The notes: generated by a model not told the origin, from the letters alone. 43,672 nucleotides of DNA from Trueperaceae bacterium (GCA_046484635.1 JAWOIL010000037.1:1-43672); one strand, 5' to 3'; counted from the first letter of the stretch, positions 21,008-30,025 are shown. Made by a program: numbers and translations.

Positions 21008-22414
21008 ATGTCCCAACGCTCGTACTTCGGCACCGACGGCATCCGCGGTGTCGCCGGCGAACACCCCATGACGGCGCCGTTCGCCCTTCGCTTGGGCGCC
21101 GCCACCGCGGAGAACCTACGGCGGAACGGCAATGGGCGCCCGCGTGTGGTGATCGGCATGGACACCCGTCGCTCCGGTCCCATGCTGGCGTACGCTGCGG
21201 CCGCCGGATTGGCGTCGCGGGGGGCCACCGTCACGTGGCTCGGCGTGGTGCCCACCCCGGGCGTGTCGTTCCTCACGCGCGCGCTGGGTGCCGATGCGGG
21301 CATGGTCGTCTCGGCCAGCCACAACCCCTTCCCGGACAACGGCCTGAAGCTGTTCAACCAAGACGGCGAGAAGCTCTCCGACGGCGCCGAAGCCGACATC
21401 GAGGCGCTGCTCGAAGCCCTCGACGATCGCGGCATGGCCGCGCTCGAACCCGTGGTCGGCGACGAAGTCGGGGCATTGAACGGCATGGTCGCTGGCGCAT
21501 CACCCAACGCCGGTGGGTCCACCCCCGTCGGCGGCAACCCCGCACTGGAACCGTACGTCCAGCATTTGCTGGCCAACGCCCCCTACCTCGACGGGCTGCG
21601 CGTTGCGCTCGACTGCGCGCAAGGCGCGAGCCACGCCATCGCGCCGCGCGTGTTCCAGAAGATCGGCGCCAGGCTCGAGGTGCTGAACGCCACTCCTGAC
21701 GGCACGAACATCAACGTGGCGTGTGGCTCGACGCATCCGGACACGCTGCGCGAGCATGTCGTGAGCGGCAACTTCGACGTTGGGATCACGTTCGACGGCG
21801 ACGCCGATCGCGCGTTGCTGGTCGATCGCCGCGGCCGCCTAGTAAGCGGCGATCACATCCTGGCGATCTGCGCGCTCTCCCGCGGCGAGAAGGAAGTCGT
21901 GGCCACCGCCATGAGCAACCTCGGCACCGAACGCTACTTGGCCGAGCGCGGCGTCACGCTGCACCGCGTCAAGGTCGGTGACCGCTACGTGTTCGAAGAC
22001 TTGAAGCGACGCAGCCTCTCGCTCGGCGGCGAGCAGTCGGGCCACATGCTGTTCCTCGACAAAGCGCCGACGGGCGACGGCATCCTCACGGCCCTGCAGG
22101 CGCTGTCGGCCGTGCGGAAGACGGGTAAGCCGCTCGAGGCGTGGGTCGACGAGATCCCCGTCTACCCGCAAGTGCTCCTCAACGTCACCGTGGCCACGGC
22201 CGCGCGTGACGGCCTGATCTCGGACCCAACGGTGAGCGGCGCGGTGGAGTCCGCCGAGCGCGAGCTCGGCGACGACGGCCGCGTGGTGCTGCGCCCGAGC
22301 GGAACCGAGCCGCTGATCCGCGTGATGGTCGAAGGAGCCGACGGCGAGCGCGTGCAGGCACTGGCGGAGCGCATCGCCGAAGCCGTGCGGCTGGCCAGCC
22401 GTTCGGCCGCGTGA
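21008..22414 (+). CDS. glmM: phosphoglucosamine mutase
   Basis: Start at MSQRSYFGTDGIRG (conserved GlmM N-terminus). SASHNP active-site serine loop, GDGDADR, GEQSGH. TAAGAT hexamer 7 nt upstream. Track ORF 20960 is an upstream extension. Confidence 0.92.
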   Translation: MSQRSYFGTDGIRGVAGEHPMTAPFALRLGAATAENLRRNGNGRPRVVIGMDTRRSGPMLAYAAAAGLASRGATVTWLGVVPTPGVSFLTRALGADAGMVVSASHNPFPDNGLKLFNQDGEKLSDGAEADIEALLEALDDRGMAALEPVVGDEVGALNGMVAGASPNAGGSTPVGGNPALEPYVQHLLANAPYLDGLRVALDCAQGASHAIAPRVFQKIGARLEVLNATPDGTNINVACGSTHPDTLREHVVSGNFDVGITFDGDADRALLVDRRGRLVSGDHILAICALSRGEKEVVATAMSNLGTERYLAERGVTLHRVKVGDRYVFEDLKRRSLSLGGEQSGHMLFLDKAPTGDGILTALQALSAVRKTGKPLEAWVDEIPVYPQVLLNVTVATAARDGLISDPTVSGAVESAERELGDDGRVVLRPSGTEPLIRVMVEGADGERVQALAERIAEAVRLASRSAA

Positions 22415-22415
22415 G

Positions 22416-22421
22416 TACAAT
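22416..22421 (+). promoter_or_regulatory. candidate -10 element TACAAT 6 nt upstream of the small membrane protein gene
   Basis: gtgagTACAATctcagcATG. Confidence 0.3.
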
Positions 22422-22427
22422 CTCAGC

Positions 22428-22628
22428 ATGAACCAACGACGAACCTCGTGGTCGGCCGTCCTCGGGTACGCCGTCGGCGTCGGCCTGACCGCGTCGGCGA
22501 CGCTCGGTGTCTACGCCTCGTTCTGGCGCACCGAGTTGTCGTTCGGGGTCGCCCTCCTGCTGGCGTTCCCGATCGGCTTCGTGCTCGGAGGGGCTTGGGC
22601 CTTGGCGCGCCGCGTCACCATCGACTGA
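22428..22628 (+). CDS. small hypothetical membrane protein (2 predicted TM helices)
   Basis: 66 aa (VLGYAVGVGLTASATLGVYASFW ... VALLLAFPIGFVLGGAWALA). TACAAT hexamer 6 nt upstream of ATG, immediately after the glmM stop. Confidence 0.4.
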   Translation: MNQRRTSWSAVLGYAVGVGLTASATLGVYASFWRTELSFGVALLLAFPIGFVLGGAWALARRVTID

Positions 22629-22657
22629 GCTGGACGCGCCCAAGCATCGAATCGCAC

Positions 22658-22681
22658 GGCGCGCGCTCGGAGGCGCGCGCC
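22658..22681. terminator. GC hairpin between convergent genes (candidate bidirectional terminator)
   Basis: ggcgcgcgc-tcggag-gcgcgcgcc, 9-bp stem, between the small membrane protein gene (+) and the BON-LysM gene (-). Confidence 0.3.
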
Positions 22682-22704
22682 GCGTCCGCTCTGGCGGTTC
22701 GTCG

Positions 22705-23442
22705 TCAGGCCAAGACTTCGTCTGGTCCCTTGGTCGTTCCTGGGATCTTCAGCTTCTGTCCCACGAAGATCTTGTTCGCATCAGCAAGACCGTTCGCTTC
22801 CGCGATCTTCATGTAACTGCTGCGGCCCGCGCTGCCGTAGTAGTGCAGCGCGATGTGCGACAGCGTGTCGCCCGACTGGACGGTGTACACGACGTCGCCG
22901 TCGTCATCGGTCACGTTCAACTCGGACGCGTGCTCGATGACCTGCAAGCCGCTGACGTCGACGTCGGTCACGCCTTGCACGCTCTTGGCCAAGGTCTTGG
23001 CGCGCTCGAGCTCCTCGGCCGAGTCGACCGCGCCGCGAAGGACGACGACGTTGCCCTTCTGCAGCACGTCGAGGGGGTTGTTCGCCAGGCTCGAGTCCGC
23101 GCGGATCTTGGCGTACGCTTCCTTCGCCCGCGCGCTGGGCGCGTCGAGCGCATCGGCAGAAGCGGTGCCGCCGATCGTCCCCGTCCCGGTTCCCATCGTT
23201 CCGGTCGTGCCGGTGGCTTCCGTTCCTTCCACCTTCACGTTCGTGAGATCGACGTCGTCGATGCCGTTGATGCCGGTGGCGACGGCCTTGATCAGGTTCT
23301 TGTAGCGTTCGTTCGGTACCGAACCGCTAACGTGCGCCACCTTCTTCTTCACATCGACCCTCAGGCCGAGCTTGGCGGTGAGCTCCTGGTCGGCGAGGGC
23401 CTCCTCAACGCGGGCTTTGGCGGATCTGCCGAATGGCCACAT
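22705..23442 (-). CDS. BON domain + LysM domain protein (Kbp/YgaU-like)
   Basis: 245 aa from MWPFGRS. BON-like segments (VDVKKKVAHVSGSV, VVVLRGAVDSAEE), Gly/Thr-rich linker, C-terminal LysM (YTVQSGDTLSHIALHYYG...KIFVGQKLKIP). GGAAGGAG Shine-Dalgarno. Confidence 0.78.
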   Translation of the reverse strand: MWPFGRSAKARVEEALADQELTAKLGLRVDVKKKVAHVSGSVPNERYKNLIKAVATGINGIDDVDLTNVKVEGTEATGTTGTMGTGTGTIGGTASADALDAPSARAKEAYAKIRADSSLANNPLDVLQKGNVVVLRGAVDSAEELERAKTLAKSVQGVTDVDVSGLQVIEHASELNVTDDDGDVVYTVQSGDTLSHIALHYYGSAGRSSYMKIAEANGLADANKIFVGQKLKIPGTTKGPDEVLA

Positions 23443-23538
23443 GGATGCACTCCTTCCGTACGATCGTGCTCCCAGACCATTGTCGCACGTGGGCCCGCCG
23501 ATCCCGGACGTCCGCAAGCGCTTCGCTCGCCCAGGTAC

Positions 23539-23901
23539 TCAGAACGTGAGCACTTGGTATCCGTCCACCACGTACGCGCGAAGGCTCGGGTGGCCCTCGT
23601 GCTCGGCAAGCAGCCTCACACCCGCGCTGCGAACCCCTTCTTCGGCGCCGAAGGCCACCGAGCAGAAGCTGCAGGCGCCGTCCACCGATCCCTTCACCGC
23701 AGACCACAGCGCATGCCGCTTGTGCCCCGGATCATCGAGTACCGCCACCCAGCGCGTGCCTGCGCCATCGAACACCAAGGCGACATCGTCACCTGCGTCC
23801 TGGAACTCCTTGACGGTCTCCAACGCGTTGACGACGCGACCGAGGTCGGCATGCGTCTCGGTATCGGCCAGAACGATCACGGCGAGTTTGGGCATGTTCA
23901 C
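23539..23901 (-). CDS. DsrE/DsrF-like family protein
   Basis: 120 aa (KLAVIVLADTETHADLGRVVNALETVKEFQDAGDDVALVFDGAGTRW), typical small DsrE-fold protein. Confidence 0.6.
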   Translation of the reverse strand: MNMPKLAVIVLADTETHADLGRVVNALETVKEFQDAGDDVALVFDGAGTRWVAVLDDPGHKRHALWSAVKGSVDGACSFCSVAFGAEEGVRSAGVRLLAEHEGHPSLRAYVVDGYQVLTF

Positions 23902-24018
23902 GTTCCTTCCTGGATTCAGTTCGACGCATCCCGTCGTTGCTGCACGAGTTCGCGACCGCAGCCGGGGTGCCGGGGTGGTAACGTCTGGGCTTCAGGTCTT
24001 CTCGCTCGTCCTCACCGG

Positions 24019-25395
24019 TCACGTCACGAGCGCCAGGTCGTCCAGGATCCACGGCATCAGCTCGGACACGGTGGGATGCGCCAACACGGCCCTGCGGTAG
24101 TCGCGACACGGGCGGCCCGAGTACATGAACGCCGCGAACATGTTGACGACCTCGTCGCCGTGCAGTCCGAAGATGGTGGCGCCGAGGATGAGGTCGGACT
24201 CCGCGTCCACCAGGAGCCTCACGAAGCCGTCGGTCTCCCCCATCTCCTTCGCCCGACTGATCCGCGACATGGCGCGGGTCGCCTCCAGGACGCGGTGGCC
24301 TCGCTCGATCGCCTCGCGCTTGGTCATCCCCACCCGCGCGAGTGGTGGGTCGGTGAACATGGCGAAGACGGGGATGCGATCGGACAGCCTGCGCGGCCCG
24401 CCGCGAAGCGCATCCAACGCGATCTCGGCATCGTTCACCGCCGTGTGGGTGAACGCGCCACGACCGTTCACGTCCCCCAAGGCGAACACCCCGTCGACGC
24501 CGGTCATGGTGCGGTCGTCGACCTCGATGAACCCGCGTTCGTCGGTCGCGATCCCGGCGGCGTCCAAGTTCAGCCGGTCGCTGTTCGGTACCCGTCCGAC
24601 CGCCACCAACAGGTGCGAACCGCGTACCACCTCGCCGCCCTCGAGCGTCACGGCCACGCCTTGCGCCTCGTCGGCACCGTTTCGGTCGACCCGGAGCACC
24701 CGCGCGTTCGGGCGCACGGTGATCCCTTCGCCTTCGAGAACGTCCTTCACGGCTTCGGACACGTCCTCGTCTTCGCGGAACACCAGCCGGTCCCCCGCTT
24801 CCAAGATCGTGACGGACGCGCCGAAGCGCCGGAACATCTGCCCGAACTCGAGGCCGATGTAGCTGCCTCCCAGGATCACCAGATGCTCGGGCAGCGCGTC
24901 GAGCTCGAGGATGCGCGCGTTGTCCAGCCACGGAACGTCCGACAACCCGGGGATGTCCGGGATGCGCGCGCGGGCGCCGACGTTGAGGTAGATGTGCTCG
25001 CCCGTGATGCGCGTCTCGCCCACGCGCACCGTCTTCGGACCGTCGAAGCTTGCCCAGCCCTTCAGCAGCGTCACGTGATCGAGCTTCTGCAGCCACGACT
25101 CCAAGCCGTCGCTGCTTCCCCGCCGCATCGCGTTCATCCGCGCCATGACGGCGCCGAAGTCGACGCTGGCGCCGTCGACCCTCACGCCGTAGTCGGCCGC
25201 GCGACGCACCATGTGCGCGACCTTGGCGCTCGCTACGAGCGTCTTGGTGGGCGTACAGCCGGTGTTGACGCACGTTCCGCCGACCCGGGCACCCTCGACG
25301 ACGGCGATGGTCTCGGACTTCGGCAAGCCGGCGATGAGCGTTCCGGTCGCTTGTCCCGTTCCGATGAGGACGTGATCGAAGTGGGTCGGGGTCAT
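24019..25395 (-). CDS. FAD-dependent pyridine nucleotide-disulfide oxidoreductase (mercuric reductase / dihydrolipoamide dehydrogenase-like, no NmerA domain and no C-terminal Cys pair)
   Basis: Start at MTPTHFDHVLIGTGQA with GGAAGGAA Shine-Dalgarno. Redox-active GGTCVNTGCTPTK disulfide, NAD(P)-binding GGSYIGLE, C-terminal dimerisation domain. Confidence 0.85.
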   Translation of the reverse strand: MTPTHFDHVLIGTGQATGTLIAGLPKSETIAVVEGARVGGTCVNTGCTPTKTLVASAKVAHMVRRAADYGVRVDGASVDFGAVMARMNAMRRGSSDGLESWLQKLDHVTLLKGWASFDGPKTVRVGETRITGEHIYLNVGARARIPDIPGLSDVPWLDNARILELDALPEHLVILGGSYIGLEFGQMFRRFGASVTILEAGDRLVFREDEDVSEAVKDVLEGEGITVRPNARVLRVDRNGADEAQGVAVTLEGGEVVRGSHLLVAVGRVPNSDRLNLDAAGIATDERGFIEVDDRTMTGVDGVFALGDVNGRGAFTHTAVNDAEIALDALRGGPRRLSDRIPVFAMFTDPPLARVGMTKREAIERGHRVLEATRAMSRISRAKEMGETDGFVRLLVDAESDLILGATIFGLHGDEVVNMFAAFMYSGRPCRDYRRAVLAHPTVSELMPWILDDLALVT

Positions 25396-25546
25396 GTGCT
25401 GGTTCCTTCCGAGCATGTGCCTTGGCGGCGACGGTCGCGCTTCATGGTGCACGACCCTTGCCAGTTCGGACGTAGCGGAAGCCGCGCACGTCTTCGGCGC
25501 GCGGCTTCTTGGGGGGAGGCCCTGACGGAAGCGTCAGTGGAGGTAA

Positions 25547-26026
25547 CTAGTGGAGGTAACTGAGGAAGGTGTAGTCGCGATCCGCTGCACCGACGTGGCA
25601 GCTGACGCACATCGCGGAAGATTCGGGGTCCATCCAGCCGCCCATGAAGCTACCGTCGGCCTGGCGCTCGAACATGCCGTACTGCCAGTCGCCGTTGTCG
25701 GGATCGAAGCCCGTCACCTTGCGCATGGCCGTGAGGACGACCACCTGCATCGTCGATGCGTCGAGCGTCTCCTTGACGACGGCGCTGCCCTCGGCGTACG
25801 GGAAGGACTGGTCGTGCGCGGTGGACGCGGCCGTTTCGTTGAAGTAGACGTCCTTGGCCACCGGATGCATCGACTCGATGAACGACTTCTGCGCGTTCGC
25901 TCGCTCCCACGTCCAGTACCCCGTCAGGTCCTCCGCGATGCCTGCGCTGGACTGCTGCGCCCACACCGCGACCCCGAGCAGTACCACGGCGAACACGGCC
26001 ACCAATGTCTTCGTAGCTCGTTTCAC
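25547..26026 (-). CDS. cytochrome P460 family protein (secreted, CXXCH heme site)
   Basis: GTG start (GGAGG 7 nt upstream) giving signal peptide MKRATKTLVAVFAVVLLGVAVWA. Single CVSCH motif near the C-terminus and size about 160 aa as in cytochrome P460/c'-beta. The track ATG at 26056 lacks a Shine-Dalgarno. Confidence 0.7.
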   Translation of the reverse strand: MKRATKTLVAVFAVVLLGVAVWAQQSSAGIAEDLTGYWTWERANAQKSFIESMHPVAKDVYFNETAASTAHDQSFPYAEGSAVVKETLDASTMQVVVLTAMRKVTGFDPDNGDWQYGMFERQADGSFMGGWMDPESSAMCVSCHVGAADRDYTFLSYLH

Positions 26027-26292
26027 TGCGAACCTCCGTTCCGCGTTCCGGGCCACCAGACGACGGCCGCCATCCGTTTGGCGTCGTTCGCCACGTCGAA
26101 CGTTCGTCCGTCGCTTGGCCCGCTACGGCATGCTCGCGCAACGGGAAGGTTCGTTCGGTCAACTGATTGACCGGGTCGTCGGCCGGACCTCACCGTGCCG
26201 ACGTCGCCTCCCGACCTGCGGGTCGGCGAGCGGGGTGTCGGGCATGTCCCGTCGTTGACCGACGGCCCGCAGGTGGTCCCCTAGCGTGGTGC

Positions 26293-26770
26293 ATGATGAA
26301 CCACGCCCCCCGAAACCGGCTCGGTATGCACTTCGTCCTGGACGCGGTCGCATGCTCGGTGTTCGCCGCTGCGTCGACCAGCAGTGCGCAGACCTCGACG
26401 CTGCGGCGCATCGGGTCCTATCGCGTGACACGGGCTACGACCGGCCGTACGGCGCGAATCCGTACGTCGGTTACGACGACGTCGATGCGCCCGCGTTCTT
26501 GTTCGACGGCACTGCCCGACGGGCGCCTGCCGCCGAAGGAACGCGTCGTCGCGTTCGAACGGTCTGGTGAAACCGTGGCGTACCCCTTCTCGGTCCTCGC
26601 GGCCGAACGCGTCGTGCATGACGTCGTAGGTGGCGAACCGGTGGTGGTCTTCTGGTCGGAAGGCACCCTGAGCGCCCTCGACGCAGCCGACATCGCGGCC
26701 GGCGCCGACGTCGGCGCGGCGGCCGTCTACGCACCGCGCTCGGGCGTACGAGTCCTGGCGCGTGGCGCCT
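26293..26770 (+). pseudogene. decayed DUF3179-family gene (frameshifted, 3'-truncated)
   Basis: Signal-peptide-like start MMNHAPRN..AAASTSSAQ. Frame +1 carries GYDRPYGANPYVGYDDVDAPAFLFDG, then frame 0 carries ERVVAFERSGETVAYPFSVLAAERVVHDVVGGEPVVVFWSEGTLSALDAADIAAGADVGAAAVYAP (the second segment is recognisably DUF3179-like). Homology then stops where the convergent protease gene ends. Borders approximate. Confidence 0.4.
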
Positions 26771-29028
26771 CATTGCACGGGTTTCGCCTGCACCAACACC
26801 GTAGTAGTGGTACGCCCAGGCACGACCCCTTGCGCCGTGGCCTGCACGGTGAACGTCGCGTCGACGTCGGTGGCGGTCTCGCTCTTGGACGGAGCCAGCC
26901 ACGTCGCGTCGAAGCGTCCGTTCGCCCGCGTGACACCCGTGATGCTCGTCCCGCCGGAAGCAACGAATGACCCGCGATCGGTGGTGATCACCACGCTCGC
27001 GCCTGGCAGCGGCAGACCGTTGTCGGCCAGCACGACGACATGGACGTCCGTCCGATTGCCCGCCAGCACCACGCCTTCGGTATACGCCCCGACGATCGCG
27101 CGGCGTTCGCCCGCGACCAGTTGGCCGGGCGTGCCGAACCAGGCGTAGACGTGGTCGTCCGAGGCAGCGATGTCGATGCCGACGAGGTCGATCGGCGCCG
27201 TGCCCACGGGTGTGGCGAAGCGATACGGCATCCGGTACTGGTCCAAGTCGCGCGAGCTCCCCGAACTCACCATGCCGTCGGCGTACCAAACGTACACGTG
27301 ATCATCCGACTTCGCGATGCCGATCGCCAGCACGTCCGACGGCTCGTACCCCGGCGGCAGGGCGAACGGTGACGCCGGCCGGTACGAGGCCAGATCACGC
27401 GAGCTGCCGGCACTCACCGTACCGTCGGCGTACCAGACGTACACGTGATCGTCCGAGGCGATGGCCATGTCGAGCACGTCGGCCGGCGTCTTACCCGGCG
27501 CGAGCACGTACGGCTGCGCCGAGCGGTAGGCGGTCAGGTCGCGTGACGTGCCGGAACTGACGGTGCCGTCCGCATACCAGACGTACACGTGGTCGTCCGA
27601 GGCGATGCCGAACCCCACCACGTCGCGTGAGGCGTGTCCGGGCGCCAGCGCGTAGCCGGCCGCGGGTCGGTACGCTCCGAGGTCGCTGGTGGAGCCGGCC
27701 GTGACCACGTCAAGCGAAGTCGCGATGGTACCGATGGGCGCGAAGTCGGCGTAGACGTGCACCAGCGGACCGGCTTCGGGGATGAACCACAGGCTCAGGT
27801 TCGCTTCGCTGCCGTCACGCCAACGCAACGATGCCGGAGTGGACCAGGGTGTCAGAGCGTAGGCTCGCGCGGGGTCGCGGGCGTCGAACAACGCGTCGCT
27901 TCGGTGCGGACACGAACCGGCCACCAACGTCTCCGGCGGCCCGCCGGCCCACACCAAGCGGATGGTCTTGCGGCCCCAGTCCTCTTCGAGCGAGGGGTTC
28001 CCGATCTCGGTGACGTGCCATACCGCCAGGCCGGCTAGGTTCAGATTGCGCTCCATCGAGGCGCCCGGCCACCTGTTCTCGACCAAGAAGTACTCTTGGC
28101 TGCCGTGCTGGGGATCGTACAGGATGACGGCAGAACCACCGAGGTTGGTTTCGGCGTCCGTGAGCGCGATCCAGCCGTCCGATGTCACGACACGTGGCAC
28201 CAGCCACCCGAGTTTCATCTTGGCCCAGGGATCCAGGTGCACGGGCGCGTATCCCTCGCACATCAAGGAGTGCTGTCCGACACCTTCGTACGTCGCGGCC
28301 AAGTCGACGTACAGGTCCATCAGTCCGAGGTTCAGGTGCGCGAGTTCGTGCGCGAACAAGGGCCAGTCGTTCTGATCGCCACCGCGAGCCAAGTTCGGGA
28401 CGACGACGCCGCCCGGCAGGCCTTCGGCGGGAACGACGCCTGGCCACACCTCGCGCTCGCGTCCCGCGCTTCCGCTGTAGACCCAGATGACCGCCAACTC
28501 GTCGGGTGTGACCCGTCCGTCCCCGTTCGTGTCGTAGTCGCGGAAACGAAACGACGTCATGCGCTCGACTTGGCGGATGACCCAGTACCCCTTGAACTGC
28601 TCGTGCGGCTCACCGCCGATATGGGTCCACTCGGCGAGAGACTCGTCGACGGGGGTGGCGGGATCGTCCTGAGCGATCAGCCACGGCGTGACGAGGGCCT
28701 CGCGGTAGGTGAACGCGCCGTTCGACACTTCCGTGTAGTAGTTCGCGACGTTGTCCCCGTCGCCGAAGAACAGATCGCGTACTTGGGCTTGGGACTTCGT
28801 CTGCGGCTCGGAGGCCGCGTCGAGAAGGATGACGAGAAGCGGCCGCTCTCCTTCCACGGGCACGACACCTCCGTACGGCTGCGTGAACATCGAGGCGTCC
28901 TGGGCAACGGCGGCGGCCATGCATCCGATGGCCACCCCGACAGCCCAGCGAACGGCGAACCGCCGTACGATGTCACCGCTGAGGTGTTTCCGATCACGAG
29001 CGCGACGTGCGAGGCTACGGCAGCGCAT
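26770..29028 (-). CDS. secreted M6 (immune inhibitor A)-like zinc metalloprotease with four tandem 47-aa repeats and C-terminal Ig-like (Big) domain
   Basis: Start MRCRSL (GGAGG 6 nt upstream) followed by a signal peptide. HELAHLNLGLMDLY fits the HExxHxxGxxDxY M6 signature. Four consecutive DDHVYVWYADGTVSSGSSRDL..YR modules. C-terminal beta-rich Big-like tail. Confidence 0.78.
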   Translation of the reverse strand: MRCRSLARRARDRKHLSGDIVRRFAVRWAVGVAIGCMAAAVAQDASMFTQPYGGVVPVEGERPLLVILLDAASEPQTKSQAQVRDLFFGDGDNVANYYTEVSNGAFTYREALVTPWLIAQDDPATPVDESLAEWTHIGGEPHEQFKGYWVIRQVERMTSFRFRDYDTNGDGRVTPDELAVIWVYSGSAGREREVWPGVVPAEGLPGGVVVPNLARGGDQNDWPLFAHELAHLNLGLMDLYVDLAATYEGVGQHSLMCEGYAPVHLDPWAKMKLGWLVPRVVTSDGWIALTDAETNLGGSAVILYDPQHGSQEYFLVENRWPGASMERNLNLAGLAVWHVTEIGNPSLEEDWGRKTIRLVWAGGPPETLVAGSCPHRSDALFDARDPARAYALTPWSTPASLRWRDGSEANLSLWFIPEAGPLVHVYADFAPIGTIATSLDVVTAGSTSDLGAYRPAAGYALAPGHASRDVVGFGIASDDHVYVWYADGTVSSGTSRDLTAYRSAQPYVLAPGKTPADVLDMAIASDDHVYVWYADGTVSAGSSRDLASYRPASPFALPPGYEPSDVLAIGIAKSDDHVYVWYADGMVSSGSSRDLDQYRMPYRFATPVGTAPIDLVGIDIAASDDHVYAWFGTPGQLVAGERRAIVGAYTEGVVLAGNRTDVHVVVLADNGLPLPGASVVITTDRGSFVASGGTSITGVTRANGRFDATWLAPSKSETATDVDATFTVQATAQGVVPGRTTTTVLVQAKPVQ
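27112..27696 (-). repeat. four tandem ~141-bp (47-aa) coding repeats within the metalloprotease gene
   Basis: Protein residues about 456-650 form four modules (SDDHVYVWYADG[TM]VS[SA]G[ST]SRDL..YR...P....P.D[LV]...I). DNA coordinates derived by arithmetic from the ORF. Confidence 0.75.
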
Positions 29029-29358
29029 CGTGCGCCTCCGGTTCCGGCCATCACGACGCAAGCGACGAAGCGAATCGAACCGACGGCCCGCAGAGGCGTG
29101 TCGTCCCTAGGTGGGCGGTCCGGGATCCCATCGGGGCCGGACCAGGGCGCTACCCACGGCAGTCGGAGCCGAATGTTGCACCGCGCCCACGTTCAAGCTC
29201 GGCGTAGCAGGTCGAGCGCCGCCCTACAAGTGTCGAACGTCCCTCATCGAGACGCACCGAGCCTTCCTAGAACGTTCGCACAACGTTCACGGAAGCGCTC
29301 CTATCCTGCCATCAACCTCGGCAGCATCCGAAGCGCCGAGAAGAAAGGTGGAAACGAC

Positions 29359-29913
29359 ATGACACGCAAGGTTCTTCTTCTCACCGCAGGCGCAGCGCTC
29401 CTGGTCACCGGCTTCGCCCTGGCCCAAGGCCCCCGCTCCGCCGCCACCCACCGCGCAGGAACCGCCGCCCAGAACCAAGCAGCGTACGGCTACCAGATGC
29501 AGCACCAGCAAGGCCCGAGCGAGTTGGCCGGGATGATCGACAACGTGATCGCCGACGAACTCGGCCTGACGCAAGCCGACCTGATGGCCCGCAAGGCGGC
29601 CGGCGAGACGATCGAAGAGATCGCGGCCTCGGTAGGAGTCTCGCTCGAGGACCTGGAAGCGGCCTTCGATTCGGCCCGTGAAGCGGCCATCGCCGAACTG
29701 CTCGAAGCCGGCACGATCAACGACGTGCAAGCGGCCCAGATGACCACCCGCAGTGCCGACGCGTTCGATGCCCTCATCGCCCGCGAAGGGTGCGCAGGCG
29801 GCCAGAACGTCGGCGGCGAACCGCTCCACCAGTTCCAAACCGACGCCCCGCGCGGCCCGCAGGCCCAGCGGCAGAACGCCCCCGCGATGCGCGGCCGGCA
29901 CGCCCGCTGGTAA
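29359..29913 (+). CDS. secreted hypothetical protein (signal peptide, Ala/Gln-rich)
   Basis: 184 aa from MTRKVLLLTAGAALLVTGFALAQG with AAAGGTGG Shine-Dalgarno. Lies directly upstream of a two-component system. The rest of track ORF 28096..29913 is antisense junk. Confidence 0.6.
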   Translation: MTRKVLLLTAGAALLVTGFALAQGPRSAATHRAGTAAQNQAAYGYQMQHQQGPSELAGMIDNVIADELGLTQADLMARKAAGETIEEIAASVGVSLEDLEAAFDSAREAAIAELLEAGTINDVQAAQMTTRSADAFDALIAREGCAGGQNVGGEPLHQFQTDAPRGPQAQRQNAPAMRGRHARW

Positions 29914-30025
29914 CGCCGATCGGAACGCTTCACCCACGTACCCCCGACGCGCCCGGACCCGAGTCCGGGCGCGGTCGCGTGGTGCAGACCCAGCCGGCGC
30001 GGGAAGCGCCGTAGAGTGAGATGAC

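Noticed and set aside
21116-21361. Small ORFs nested inside glmM, polA and other genes (for example 21116..21361, 20196..20423)
   Set aside because: Alternate-frame or antisense ORFs inside strongly supported conserved genes, with no start signals and biased composition.
25480-25506. 8-bp-stem hairpin agccgcgc...gcgcggct between the P460 and reductase genes
   Set aside because: It is on the wrong side for a minus-strand terminator (no A-run preceding it on the plus strand) and has only a TCTT tail on the plus strand. Probably incidental GC-rich secondary structure.
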